From NCBI GenBank assembly GCA_050084985.1, contig JBITNC010000001.1, positions 211,606,001-211,670,000 on the forward strand: a DNA stretch of 64,000 nt, in the 5' to 3' direction. The notes beneath the pieces are model-generated. The model was not told the DNA's origin, did no database searches, and saw only the letters and a list, made by a program, of their open reading frames with translations. Within the stretch, counting starts at the first letter, position 1. Each line of letters starts with the position of its first letter. Made by a program: the position numbers and the translations under genes. Shown one piece after another: positions 14,318 through 27,298 of this stretch. Source of the DNA: Nageia nagi. Its lineage: Eukaryota > Plantae > Pinophyta.

Positions 14318-17195
14318 TGTAACATCCCCTTTTAGGAGATGTTACCTTCTAGGAGTATTTTTGTAATTACTAGTGATTATTTATTTATTGCATATGTATT
14401 TAGGCATCATTGTAACTTAGGATAGGAGACATATGGATCCCATGGACCAATTGTGAACCCATAATTGGGACGTCTCCCTCCTCAAAGTAGATTAGAGCAT
14501 TTAAGTGTGATAGTACGAATCTCAAAACACAACGCATGATTAGAGGCCAGGCGCATGATTGAGAGTGATTTTGAGGTACAATCTGGACACCCAAACATGA
14601 TGTCACCTTGAGGGGTGCATGAGCGCCCAACCTTGGGGGATTCCTATTTATATAGCTGGTGTAGGGATGAGGAGGTATCATTGAGCATATTTTATATCTT
14701 CTATCTTCAGAGTGGCAACGCCTTCTCTTGAGCCTCTCATTGGACAACAACCCAGTGTAGAGAAGAGCATAGTGGGACATAGCCCTCTCTAGGCTATTGG
14801 CTAAGGATAGAAACCCTTAGACCATTCAATGTTCTAGTGAGATTCGGGGTTGAAGGCCCTACTAGCGAGACATCAGTATTTGAGGATTGTATGCCCTAGA
14901 TCTGGTCAACCCTCTAGGGCCTATTTGGTTTTAATATGACCATTTCTTGCTATATACTAACATGTTGGCATTTCTCCTCTATTCTTGCTTGTGTGTTGCA
15001 TGATTTGTGGTGTGAATGCTAGATCTATTTCATTTCTTACTTATTTGCTTAATTGTGTAATAATTTTGGAATAAGAAATAGTTTGGGATATTACAGTGGT
15101 ATCAAAGCTTGATCCTGCCATCCAGTGAAGATGGAAGGAGGCAAACCTTTCAAATTTGCAATCAGTATGGAGAAGATAGAGGCCACCATTGAAGTAATGT
15201 AGGAACTACTCAAGGAGTTTGGGCCATTAAGACATTTTGTAGAGAGAAGGAGATGATAGAGGAAAAAAGGGTTGTGCACCAGGCATCCATGGTCACCAAT
15301 CACAACGCCCACCTTCACCTTCATGGTCGCATGACTTGTTGGATCCAATCTTTTTAGTAGAATCCAGAAGCCTTTAGGAAAGAAGTTAGCTCTCAAGATT
15401 ACTTGAATATCTTGAGTTGGGAGATCCCAAAGCCATAGAGAGTGCAGGAAGAGATTAGGGGTTTTGACAAAATCCCTAAATTCAATGGTGATGGTAATCC
15501 TACGACTATGGTTTCGATAAGCAAATTAGAGACCTTCTTCACCCTTAACCAAATAATAGAAGAAGACTTCATTCTGATTGTGATCATGCATTTGGATGGA
15601 ATAGCACATGTGGCACCATGGAGAGGATGTCCATGATCATAGCTTTATCTGTACATTCGAAGAATGTGGCCAACGAATCTTGGATCGCTTTGATCTAAGA
15701 GATGAGGATGAATATTTCATGGATCTAGAAGCCATTATCCAACAAGCAGAGTTGGAGTCATACACTTGGGAGTTATAACAAAAAATTGCTATTGTCACCC
15801 ACATTTCGCAGAAGGAGCTAACGTCCTTGTTCATTGAAGGGTTGAGTCTCGCTACCCACACTCAATGAGGCTATCCAAAGGGCTTCGTTGTTGGAGGAAG
15901 CTGCCAGGAGTGAAACATCTACACTAGAAGGTGCAAAGAAACCCCACGCACCATGCATGAGTGAGAAACACGATAATGAGACTAGTAGAGTCAGATGGCC
16001 ATATCTGAAGGACACATGGTCGAACTAAAAGAAGGGTGAGAGTAGATTTTCACTTAGAGGAAAACCAACGTAAGGAAGGATGGAGGCACTCCCACAAGTG
16101 ATATCTACACACAAGATGGAGAAAATTATCCAGATGGAGATATTGTATGGGGCGTCGCTTTCCTCATGATCAAAGGCAAACCAACATCTACCAACAACGG
16201 AGAAATCATCTCTTCTGATGTGGTCTAGGAGATTCTGGAAAAACACAAGGACGTTTTTGGAGACATGCCTATCGGGTTGCCATCACAAAGAGGTTTTGAG
16301 CACATCACCAAGCTAGAGTGAGGGTCAAAACCAGTGATGATCATGTCCTACAAGCATCCATGCATCTACAAGGATGAGATTGAGCAGACCATCAAAGAAT
16401 TGCTTGACATGGGATTCATACAACCTAGCTCCAGCCCCTTTGCATCTTCGGTTGTCTTAGTGAAGAAAAAGACGAAACCTTGAGGATGTGCATTGACTAT
16501 TGAGTACTCAACAAGAAGACAATCAAGAACAAATATCCCATCCCATGGGTGGATGATCTTATTGATGAGCTCCATGGGGCTAAGTACTTCTCCAAGATAG
16601 ACTTGAGATTTGAGTATCATCAAATCTATATGAGAGACGAGGATATACACAAGACAATTTTCAGGTGTCATTTTGGGCACTTTGAGTTCTTGGTAATGCC
16701 ATGCGGATTGATCAATGCACCAACTACCTTTCGGTCCTCTATGAACCAACTTTTCCGAGTGCAACTCATGAAGTATGTGTTGGTATTCTTTGATGATATC
16801 CTCATCTATAACCAAACATGGGAGGAACACTTGAAGCAACTGGATTCAATATTGGAGATATTGCAGTAACAAAAGTTTTATGCCAAGAAATCAAAATGCG
16901 AATTTGGAATGACTAAAGTCTTGTACTTGGGGCATATTATCAGCCAAGATGGAGTTCGGGTGGATGAGCAAAAGATTCAAGCCATATAGGATTGGCCAGT
17001 GCCCACCACACTAACGCATTTGAGGGAATTCTTGGGGCTGTGCAACTACTATTGGAGATTCGTTCGAAGTTTTTCACATTTGGCCGCACCCTTGACGTAG
17101 TTGACCAAGAAAGATGCATTCGTGTGGAGCAATGAAGCTTAGATGGCATTTGAAGAACTCAAGAGGGTAATTTGTTCTTGTCCGTGTCTGGCAAT
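14318..17195 (+). mobile_element. Truncated Ty3/Gypsy (chromovirus-like): 5' LTR, PBS, gag remnant, RT remnant
   Basis: LTR TGTAACATCCCC...ttaca at 14318-15095; PBS tggtatcaaagc (tRNA-iMet type) at about 15097. gag piece IPKFNGDG. RT motifs SSPFASSVVLVKKK, DDLIDELHGAKYFSKIDLR and VFFDDILIY, with stops and frameshifts. Confidence 0.9.
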
Positions 17196-20100
17196 GGTGT
17201 TGTCTTTCTATTCGGTCACTTTGGAGAGCATTGATATAATTTTGGAGACTGTAGGATAGAATTATGTTCTCTTGGGGGTCATCAAGGCTTTCCCAGTGAG
17301 ATGCTTGCAGTCATCAACCAGTCAATCTTTGACCAAATTAGATGGAGGCTTTATACTCTTGTAGTATCTTAAGGAGTCTTGCATACTATATGATATACCT
17401 TCATTTTCCCAAGCGAAGGCTGCCTCTATTCCTTTCTCTGAGAAATCCATGATCACTACATTGTTTCTATCCAAGAGTGTCCGTTTCCTAGTGTCATAAT
17501 GCTTTCCCAGTTCGTAGCATAGCTCTGGGAAGGGTGCACCATGGATGCTGTTACTAGTAAGGATGATCTCAATGTGTCGTTTACTAGCAAAGCAGGATCC
17601 ATGAACTGTATCTTTGTCAATGTTTTGATTGGATCCAATGAGTTACAATCGGTATCTCTAATCTCACTCAGACGGTCAATGATCTTCGCCATGGGCATCA
17701 TTGGCTCCATAGTATGTTCAAGGGTGATGGGGTTGTCCATCATGAGCCTTCTTTGCTTCCGGTATTTGATATTTTGTGCAACTAACGCCATTTTGTCCTT
17801 GTTAGCAACTATTTGGCACTTTTTGGGAAAAAAGAGGATTTTTGAAAATTTTGGATTTTTTTCCTAAGTGTGCCATCATCGAAAGTGAGCCAAGATTGTG
17901 AAGTTTTGAGTTTTTTAGAGTGAATATGGAATGATACCAAGGTAACTAACTCAAAGGGGGATGTGCCTTGGAGAGATTTTTGGAAGATTTTTCGAGATTT
18001 TAGCTCAAAAATAGAGCTTGCTGAAAAAAATACAGGTTTGGGGGAAATTTGCCAAGGAAAGAGAGGGCAAATTCGAAAAAATGGTCAAATGATGCCGGAA
18101 TTGGTTTATAACACCTTTAGTAGATGGGGAATGAGTAGGGAAGGTGTTTTGGCTTTTGAAACGGCCAATTTCGACTTGAAAAACACTTTTTAGAGAATTT
18201 TGAAAAATTTCATGGATTTAAAAAAAAAAAATTCGAAAATTTTGGATTTTGGGCACTCAGATCTTGGATCTTGGAATTTTTTTTGTGTTTTTTTGGTTGA
18301 AAATAAAATATGATCCCAAGGATAATGAATATCCAAATTGAAATCTGAAAAAATTATTTTCAAGGGTTTGGGATCTTGGAAGATGGGGTTTTGGAGCTTA
18401 GATCCTCAAAAAAACATGAAAAAATGGATAAAGGTATTAAGAATACCTTAGGATCTTGGAGTTTGGTGATGAAAAGGTATTTGGCTATGGTCTCAAGGCT
18501 CCAAGGCTGAAAGTTGGGTTTTCCTCCTTTTTTAGCTCTCCAATTCTTCAATAATTTGGCAATAGTTGGGTGTAAATGACAATTGTGAGAAAAATGGAGG
18601 AGTGAGGGTGTATTTATAAACACAGGGTCAAAATATGCCACATTTTGATTTTACAAATTTTGAAAATTTGGGAAAATTTTCAAGCTCTCTCATTGGCTGC
18701 CCACTATTTCATATTTTGGAGGAGTAGATCTCACTTTTCTGAAAAACTCAAATCATTGAACTTGTGTGAAATCATATTCCATAAACCATGAAGGTCATAA
18801 ATTTCGGTTTTTATCAATTTTGGGGCCTTGGAATGCTAGGCGTAGGTTTTAGGAAAGATAGGGAGTTTTTGCAATTTCGAAAAATGGCCTATAACTTGGC
18901 AAACCAGCGCCTAACTTTTTGGGGTGCAAAATTTGAGTATTTTCAAACTTTCCAAGAGCAAAGTTGTTCATCTTTGAATTTGCCACCCTACCTCTTTCTT
19001 CATTTCTGATTTTGCAAATTTTTGAAAATTTGGATAATTTTCAAGCTCTCCCATTGGTTGTCCACTTTTTCATGATTTGGAGAAGTAAACTTCATTTTCT
19101 TGAAAAACTCAAAACATCAATCTTGAGTGGAATCAAATTTTATACCTCATGAAGCTCAAAAAATTCACTTTTGACTAATTCTAGGCCTCCCTCTTGCTAG
19201 GCGCAGGTTTTGGAATGTTTGACCAAAGTTTCAAAACTTAGCAAATCCCCTCTAGGAATTAGAAGGTCAAATCTTTAGTTTTTCCAACATTTCCAAGAGC
19301 AAAGATGCCTAATTTGTCATTTGGCATCACACCTTTCTCTTAGATTTTTGATTTGACAATTTCAAAATTTGGGAAAATTCCAAGCATTCCTATTGGCTGC
19401 CTTTAACTCCTCTTTGCGCAATTTTCTGTTTTTTCCACTTTTGATGGAGCAAATCTTGTCCAAATTGCAAACTTGAAAGACCAATTTGATGTAGAATTGC
19501 ATTCTCCATGCTTCCAAGCTCAAAAATTTCATTTTCAAACAAAAATAGGCCTCCCAAAAGGTAGGTGCAGGTTTTCCCTATTTTGGAATGTTTAGGCAAA
19601 GTTTCAAAACTTGGCAAATCTCCCCCCAGGAATTTGGAGGTCAATTTTGCTCATTTTTCGAAATTTCCAAGAGCAAAAGTGCTTATTTTATCATTTGGCA
19701 TCACACCTTTCTCTGAGATTTTCATTCCAACTTGTTTTAAAAAAGCTCATTTTTCTAAGTCTATGTTTGACTCCACACTTCTTGGAAGCATCACTTCCAT
19801 GTCTTCATTTCGTCTTCTAGGGAGCTCCTTTGGCCGGAACTAAAAAGTTTGAAGCCCAAATGTGCCTGAACTGAATTCTTCATCACCTTGTGTCATCAAA
19901 CTCTCTATTATCAAGAATCTACGTTGCCTATCCATCATTGGAAGCCTTTTCTTGGTCACTTGATCACTCTGGACAAGTACTGATTTAGTGCTTGGATGCC
20001 CAAAATACTCTAGTGATCTTGTGTTGAATAATTTGCTTCATATTATCCATGATAACATTCCTTGAGAATGTCTTACAGTTGTCTCTTAAGCCATTTGGAC

Positions 20101-20198
20101 CGTCTCACCTATGGGGTTTGTCCATCCTTGATCACCAAATTTGCGAAAATTGGGTCCCCAACATGTTGCATCTTAAAGTCTGTTGAGCGGGCACAACA
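17195..20198 (-). mobile_element. Long-LTR retroelement segment (family B, terminus TGTTGTGCCC)
   Basis: Right end gggcacaaca is the reverse complement of the TGTTGTGCCC start at 43150. It interrupts the Gypsy RT on the left and a family-A LTR on the right, and contains ~350-bp internal repeats. Confidence 0.65.
18640..19740. repeat. ~340-360-bp degenerate tandem repeat (about 3 copies)
   Basis: tgatttt.caaat..tgaaaattt..g.aatttcaagc...attgg.tg at about 18647, 19008 and 19349. Confidence 0.75.
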
Positions 20199-21149
20199 CA
20201 CACTAAACATAGAGACAATATTGAGATCCAAGATGCCCATGGTTGTATTAATGATGAGAAATGACAAATGATACAATACCAGGCCCAAAAGGCTCAACGT
20301 TGGCTTCCAAGGAGCCAACTAGGGCACAACGAACATATAAATGTGATCATTGCTGGTGCAACGGATGGGACAACCTCACTCCCTCAAGCCTGGATGCTTT
20401 GCTACAGAACTTCCATGCCTGGAAACTATTGAAGGTAGAAGTGTGACCTTAGAATACCATTGGATGGACTAAGATGCTACACCTTAGCCATAGATTAGCA
20501 AGATCCCTCAGCCTGCTAACCCTCCTAGATGTTGCACCTAGGGGAAGTTTGCTTGACATTGCGCCAAGACTTGTGTCCATTGGATGGTAGAAGAAATATT
20601 GTCAAATTAAGTATATCCATGCAATGATGCTCCAACATCTAATATAGCTTAATCTTGGATCTAGAACATCACCTAGGAATCATCCATGCCTCTCCTATCC
20701 AACGTTTGCCTTTTAGGGGCCCTCAAATGCCTCAATGTCATAAATGCTCATGCGTGGGGTGTAGAGCCTCCCTAAGGTGTGACGTGGGCCTCCAAGGGTG
20801 ATGGGATGCCTCCAAGTCCAACGTTGGGGTCCTAGAAGTCCCCCCATGTCATGCGTTGGGTTTCTAGGAGTCATACATGCGCCTATATCCTATCTACATG
20901 CTCATACAAGGCCTTGGGATTCCCACAATCAATTCTCGGGATCTCAAGTACATAAAATCACATTTGATCATGCTAACCTACGCTTGGGAGGAAGACATCC
21001 CACTTGGGGCTCAGAATGGGGTTCAATGGACCTTTATAATTTTTATCCCAAGTACTAACAACTAATGCATAATTAAATAAATAAATATTTACAAACGGGA
21101 ATCTGAAGGATTCCATAATTAATTATATTTTACAAAAAAAGGCTTTACA
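20199..21149 (-). mobile_element. Family-A LTR, truncated by the family-B insertion
   Basis: High similarity to the LTR at 61826-62966, e.g. gcgtggggtgtagagcctccctaagg...ggtgatgggatgcctccaagtccaacgttgg. Confidence 0.85.
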
Positions 21150-21733
21150 AAATGTAAAATACATTCAAAACCATAAAGAATGTTTAAAATACGTGTCAAA
21201 TCTGAACCCTGATCATGATCAATTCATAGGAACATTTTTGTTGAGCTCAGTTTCTATAAACTTCAACTGAGTGTCGATTGAATCTCCACCAAAATTTATA
21301 AATGATTTACAGAAATTTATCAAACATTTATCAATCAGATTTGTTGTGTATCAAACATGAGAGTAAATTATCTTTAAGCATCTTTCTTGTCTTCCAGTGT
21401 GTGCTACCTTTCAAGTTAAGCAGCTAGTGCATGTTTCAATGTAGGCTATTTTGTTTTATGTAGTAAATAAAATTCATCCGTTTAGATGGTTGGCTGCTGT
21501 TGAGACTTCGATCAATTAATGAAAAAATTAGTAACTCTGTATTTAAGGCTTCAGTGGCATGATTGACTACAATATGATAATTACTTTGCATTGCACATAT
21601 TTGCAAATAGTATGCATTCAAGTCTTCCAGATTTCCTTATCCATATAAATAAAAATTACTTAATTTTTGTCTGTTTTAGTATCAATCATAAACCAAATCA
21701 AATGACTAAAATATTATACTTTGTGTGCATTAG

Positions 21734-21833
21734 TCTTCAAATCCGCAAAAGGATCACCGCTTTGAACAGAGATCTACCACCAAGGAATGAACAATTTCTC
21801 CTAGATTTCCAGCAACTTCAGGGTCAATTTTCG
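21734..21833 (+). CDS. MED23: MED23 exon 3
   Basis: tag|T CTT CAA...: LQIRKRITALNRDLPPRNEQFLLDFQQLQGQFS; donor GTAAGA at 21834. Confidence 0.92.
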
Positions 21834-22060
21834 GTAAGATTGGAAACACTTCCCAAGCTTGTTTTGTTTCCCTCTTCTTTTATGAATGATTCATTCTTTG
21901 TATATTTGAAAAGTCTCATGTGCCGTTGGACTTACCATCTAACCTCTACACCTCTCAGAAGTGGCACTTTACATTCAGTACACATAGAATAGAAACTGAT
22001 AGGATTATTCATAATTTTCTATCTTCATGGATGTGGTCTGAAATATTTGGTTATTTCCAG

Positions 22061-23049
22061 GATCAGGATCAGTTGCGGTCAGCAGCAGAGTCTGTTCTTT
22101 TTGGTTTGATTGTGCAATGCAGCAGTCACACACACTTCAGGCAGATTTTCTTCTTTTTGCTTTACAGGTATTGTCTGGCATAAATTTCATAAATTGGGAT
22201 TCATTCCTGTCATCTCTCCTTTCTGCGGTGTCAGCAGCAGAAACATCATCTGTCCAAAGTGGTCAAGCACATATTGGAACACCTTCTATTAGTTCAACAG
22301 TGTCAGGGAGCATGAATCCAATTCCAACCATGGCTAATTCATCAATGGGACAAGCTTCCAGCCCAGCTTCCCCAATGATTTCATTGCATATTATTGGGTC
22401 ACCTCCCCATGGGCTGTCTGATCCAGCTGCAACTGTAAATCAGTCGCCAATAAAGGTGTCAGATCTATCCTACAGTGGACAACAGATACCTTCAAGGGTC
22501 TCTGGCTTCTCAAAGGGTTGTGTAATGGGTTCTCTTCGTCAGCTTCTTTGTAAGGCTGTGCTAGCTGGACTCGAACATGATCTGAAACCAATAACTCATG
22601 CTGATATCTTTTCACACATGCTTAATTGGCTGCTTAACTGGAATCCAAGACAGCAAAGCAGGATTGATGAACATGATAATACAAACATTAGAATACCCAA
22701 GAGAACCTCTTGTGACTGGCTGCATAGTTCCTTGGATGTTGTTTGGGCTTTGGTGGATGAGAACAGATGTCGAATACCATTCTATGAGCTACTTCACAGT
22801 GGCATACAATTTATAGATAATGTACCAGATGATGAGGCCTTATTTACGTTGATCCTGGAAATTCATAGGAGGAGGGATAAAATAGCTATCCATATGGAAA
22901 TGTTAGACCAACACCTGCATTGTCCCACATTTGCTACAGTTCGAATTGGACCTCAAATATATCCAAGCAGCCTAGGGGAGTCATTGCCAACAGTTCGATC
23001 TGCACCTCTAACGTATCCTGGTGTTCTTGGTGAGCCACTGCATGGAGAG
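22061..23049 (+). CDS. MED23: MED23 exon 4 (contains a +2 frameshift at about 22127-22135)
   Basis: DQDQLRSAAESVLFGLIVQCSSH in one frame, then TLQADFLLFAL...RIPFYELL..DDEALFTLILEIHRRRD..LDQHLHCPTF..TYPGVLGEPLHGE in another. Acceptor ttccag at 22060; donor GTATGA at 23050. Confidence 0.92.
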
Positions 23050-23555
23050 GTATGATAGCGAATATTCCTTTGTTTTTGACAGATTAAGATGTGTTTTTAC
23101 AGGAGAATATGCACTAAAAGCTATCTTTTGGCAGAAATGTCGTAAATCCTTTAGGGCAGAAAATTTTCTTCACAAGCAGGCCTGTGCATGAACTTTGGTT
23201 TTTAGTCTTAGTCATTATGTGGATAACATGTAGCAAATGAAGATGTGAATCAGCTTAGTATAATAATGATTTATTTTCCAAGAGAAATGTTTACCTGGTG
23301 ATTTATAATAATGACCTTGAGAAGTGACTTCTTTTTGCTGTTATGAGTTTTTGATGCAGCATAAGTTCCTGAAATGTTGTTGTCTTGCTAATTCTTTGCT
23401 GGGAAGGATTGATCAAGATACCTCTGGTGGACATTCAGCTTTTGCTTGATTGTTAAAGTGCTTTTTATGATTGAAAACATGCTTTTCTGCAATTGAAACT
23501 GACTAAACTTAGGTGATAACTGTATGGGAGACATACTGATGCTACCTATGAGTTG

Positions 23556-24349
23556 TGTGATGTTCCCAAATTATTCTTATTCCAAATTATTAGTGAAGCA
23601 ACCAATAATTCACGAAATGAGCAATAACAATGAAATAATGCCACAAAACATCCAACACACAAGCCAAAATGGGAGAATAATGCCAACGTATCAATATTAA
23701 GCAATGATAGACCAAGATACAACCAATATGGCCCTATAGGGCTGACATCAGGCTCAAGGGACCAGATCTAGGGCACAACACTCTCCAAATGCTACTGGAA
23801 GCTGATGTCACATGGCTAGGGCCTTCAACCCTTGGATCTGAGATGCAAGACTGGATTAACTAAGAGTTTCTGTCCTTAGCCAAGATCTAGTGAGGGCTAC
23901 GCCCCACTAGACCCTTCCCACGCTGGGTTTTCGTCCAATGAGAGACCCAAGAGATGGGGTTGCCACTCCAAAGATAGAAGATATAGAATATGCTCAATGA
24001 TCCCTCTTGACTCTTGCACCAGCCATATATTTAATGATTCCCCAAGGTTAGGCGCCTACACACCCACCTAGGAGATGTCATGCTTGGGCATCCCACCTCA
24101 TGCCTTGGGATCACACCAAACCATTTACTCACCCTCTAATCATGCGTTGGGCTTTGGGATCCCCACAAATACGCTTAAATGCTCTAATTTATCTCAAGGA
24201 GGGAGTCATCCCACATTTGGGCTCACAATTGGTCCATTGGACCCATAAGTCTCCTAACCCGAGGTAACAATCATGCCTACCATGCATTAAACATTACTAA
24301 CTACCAAATCACACCTAAAAAGGAATGACTAGTAAAAAGGAACATAACA
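23556..24349 (-). mobile_element. Solo LTR (short subfamily, like 14318-15095) with TSD AGTTG
   Basis: tgtgatgttccc...ggaacataaca flanked by AGTTG at 23551-23555 and 24350-24354; reverse-complement similarity to 14318-15095. Confidence 0.9.
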
Positions 24350-25203
24350 AGTTGCTAGAACTATTTCCAGTTGAAAATTTTGAGAAATATGGACTATGGA
24401 TGCTCCATATTTTGAGTTTTAGATTGTGGATGGTTTGAAATTTGGCTTAGAATGCCTAATTTTTGACCTGTGCCCTTGTTTCACTCTCTTGATGCATAAA
24501 ATATTGATTGTTTTCTAACTTAAGGTATCTATCTTTGAGATGTAACTTGATTTTCATGCATGCAATGTCTTGAGATGCATGATATTCATTGGCTTAAAAT
24601 GATCTTTTCCATTCATGGTTGATAATTTTATGCTCCTGATCCAATCTTCTTAGTTAAGATGAATGGACTAAGCCAATTAGGTTCAAACTTTCATTCGAGT
24701 TCTCAATTTGTGCTAGTTTTTTTCTAATTTTCTATCTGGACTAAGTCACCTATTTGGAATTCTCTTGTCTTGATTTTCTTGCTATATACTATCTTAATTC
24801 TATTGCGATATTATCTTAGGTATTCCAAAATATTTATCCTTATCAAGTTGTTCTAACTGTTATAGCCTAGCTTTTCCTGCATCTTCATATAAGATTATGT
24901 CTTAAAGTGACACTCGTAAGGAGGGAATCTCAAGTCCTAGTGGTATGACAACATCTTTGCTATACTAGAGAGAAAGGTGTTGCTCCTATAGGTGTTCTTA
25001 TATTGGTTTTGTAGGCCTATAGCTGATTATGCCAATCTTTGCCATGCTTAGCAATTTTTTTTGAGAGGATGCTAATTATAGTCTTGTTGGTAACTTCCAC
25101 TTTGACCATTCCTTTGTGGAGAGTATGGTGTTGAAAACTTTTGTTCAATGTGATATTTGCAAATAGCTTTCATCTCGTTGCTTGCAAGGGTGGTTCTATA
25201 ATC

Positions 25204-26443
25204 TGTGACGATCTAAAATCATCCTCAACAAAAACAAACCAAGCTAGGGCTTCTATAACCCTCAAGCACCCAACGATTGCCCTCTAGGGCATAGAAACAC
25301 CTCAATGGACCAACGTGGGCTTCCTTGGTCTTCCTCACTACACACCACACCAAACAATGATCCCATAAAGTTGACGTCAGCCCCTAGGGCTTCTCTAGCA
25401 CTAAGCTAACCACACGAATGCAACACAACAAGAATGGATAACACAGAAATACCCATGATGAGGTCACACCACAATACTGAGCCAGAACAAGCTTCCAACA
25501 CCAGTGTATCACAACGCATGCATACAAAGGGAACAACACAATGATGAGAGAGACACAAGCTGTATTATATCATGGAATAACAATGGAGTACAATGAGGAT
25601 CTCAACATCCAGATCTAGGGTTCCAAACCCTTGTACAAGCCGAACACCATAGGAAAGACTAACTCCCTTAGACTCTGAATCCTCTCCTGCAAAGGAGCCT
25701 CCTCGACCCTTGGCGACCATTGAAGGTAGAAGCTCGCCCTTGGAATACCATCGGATGGACCAGGTGACCCACCTAAGTCATAGAATACCAGGCTCCCAAC
25801 CTTGTCACTCCTCTAAATGCTGTCTAGGAATAATGCTCAACATCGCCAAGACTTGTATGCCCGATTAGGTTCAGTATAGAAGTATAATCAATAGCTAACC
25901 TCATCATGGAGCTCCATCCTCAATATATAGCCTCACGTGTCTATCCATCATGCCTCGTTATCATCCCAAGCCAAGTCTATTCCAACGTTGGGGTCAACAG
26001 GTCAACCATGCCAATGTGGGGGTCATATTGGCCAAGTATGCTAATGTGGGGGTCCCATGGCCCCAGTGTGCAACGTGGGGTCATAAAGGCTTTCAAGGCT
26101 AACGTGGGGTCTAATGAGCCTCCTTGAGCTGACATGGGGGTCTTAGTGGCCTCATAAGCCAACGTGGGGTATGTGGGGCCCTCCCAACACTGGTATGCTC
26201 CTCTATGCACCTTTGGACTATACAAGACTCATGCCTATCTAGGGATTCCCACAATCCGAGGTAACCCATTACAAGTTAACACAACACTACTTAAGGGGAG
26301 ATGTCCCATTACTGGGTCATAGTGGGGTCCGCAGACCATAAGCTCTTGTTTGAGTTACACATGTACAACATGATCATAAACAAAACACTAGATTACAAAG
26401 TGACCATGACAGATTTTGTCAATGGTCCAAATGGGATGTCACA
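25204..26443 (-). mobile_element. Solo LTR (family A) with TSD TAATC
   Basis: tgtgacgatct...gggatgtcaca flanked by TAATC at 25199-25203 and 26444-26448; close match to 53135-54545. Confidence 0.92.
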
Positions 26444-27057
26444 TAATCCATGATGAGTTGGGAAGGAACAACAAACCTTGTTATGATATTTTGTAACATT
26501 GAAGTGTGATATAATGGGGCATTACAAAGAGGAACACTAGGAAGAAGGCCAATTGTGTGATTGATAGTTCTATTAGGGAGTGCCTGGGGTGCCAATTTGA
26601 CCTTTAAATTGATCTCTTTACATTTGCAATTCCCTGATTGCTTCCACTGCTATCCATCATTTGCTGATTACCCATATATCATTATTGTTGCTTTTAACAT
26701 GGTTGTGCTTTAACTCAATAGTTTTTTATTATATTACACTATCTAGCTAACAGGATTTACTATACTAGAGACATTACTGAATCTTTTATAAGCTTTTTGA
26801 ATTCTACTTAGAATGTCTGAAAAACATTATCCTTAATTTCAGTTAGCTGTGACAATAACTTTCTTATCTTTTGGTCATATGATACCTGTGAAGGTTGCAT
26901 CTTTTCATGTAGGCAATAAAGTCCATGAATTCTTGGAGGGTCTTCTAGAATTTTTCTAAGTTTATATTTCAAAAATTCTGTGAAAGGTCAGATTTTTGTC
27001 TTTCTTTGACCTACAATTTCATTTCTTTCTTTGGTTCTCACTATTTGGCTCATCCAG

Positions 27058-27298
27058 GATGTTGTAATAGCTATTCAAAGAGGTAGCTTGGATTGGGAAA
27101 GAGCTCTTCGTTGTCTGAGGCATGCTTTGCATAGTATGCCATCTCCTGAATGGTGGAGGCGGGTCTTATCTATAGCCCCATGTTATAGGCAACATACACA
27201 GCAGCAAATTCCTGTTCCTGGGATTGTATTTTCTTCTGAAATGATTTGTGAAGCTACGATTGATCGTATCATGGAACTTATGCAGCCTTCGAGTACAA
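27058..27298 (+). CDS. MED23: MED23 exon 5
   Basis: DVVIAIQRGSLDWERALRCLRHALHSMPSPEWWRRVL...MICEATIDRIMEL; acceptor ccag at 27057; donor GTAAGG at 27299 (phase 1). Confidence 0.92.

Noticed and set aside
16366-16839. 157-aa minus-strand ORF
   Set aside because: Antisense shadow of the Gypsy RT region.
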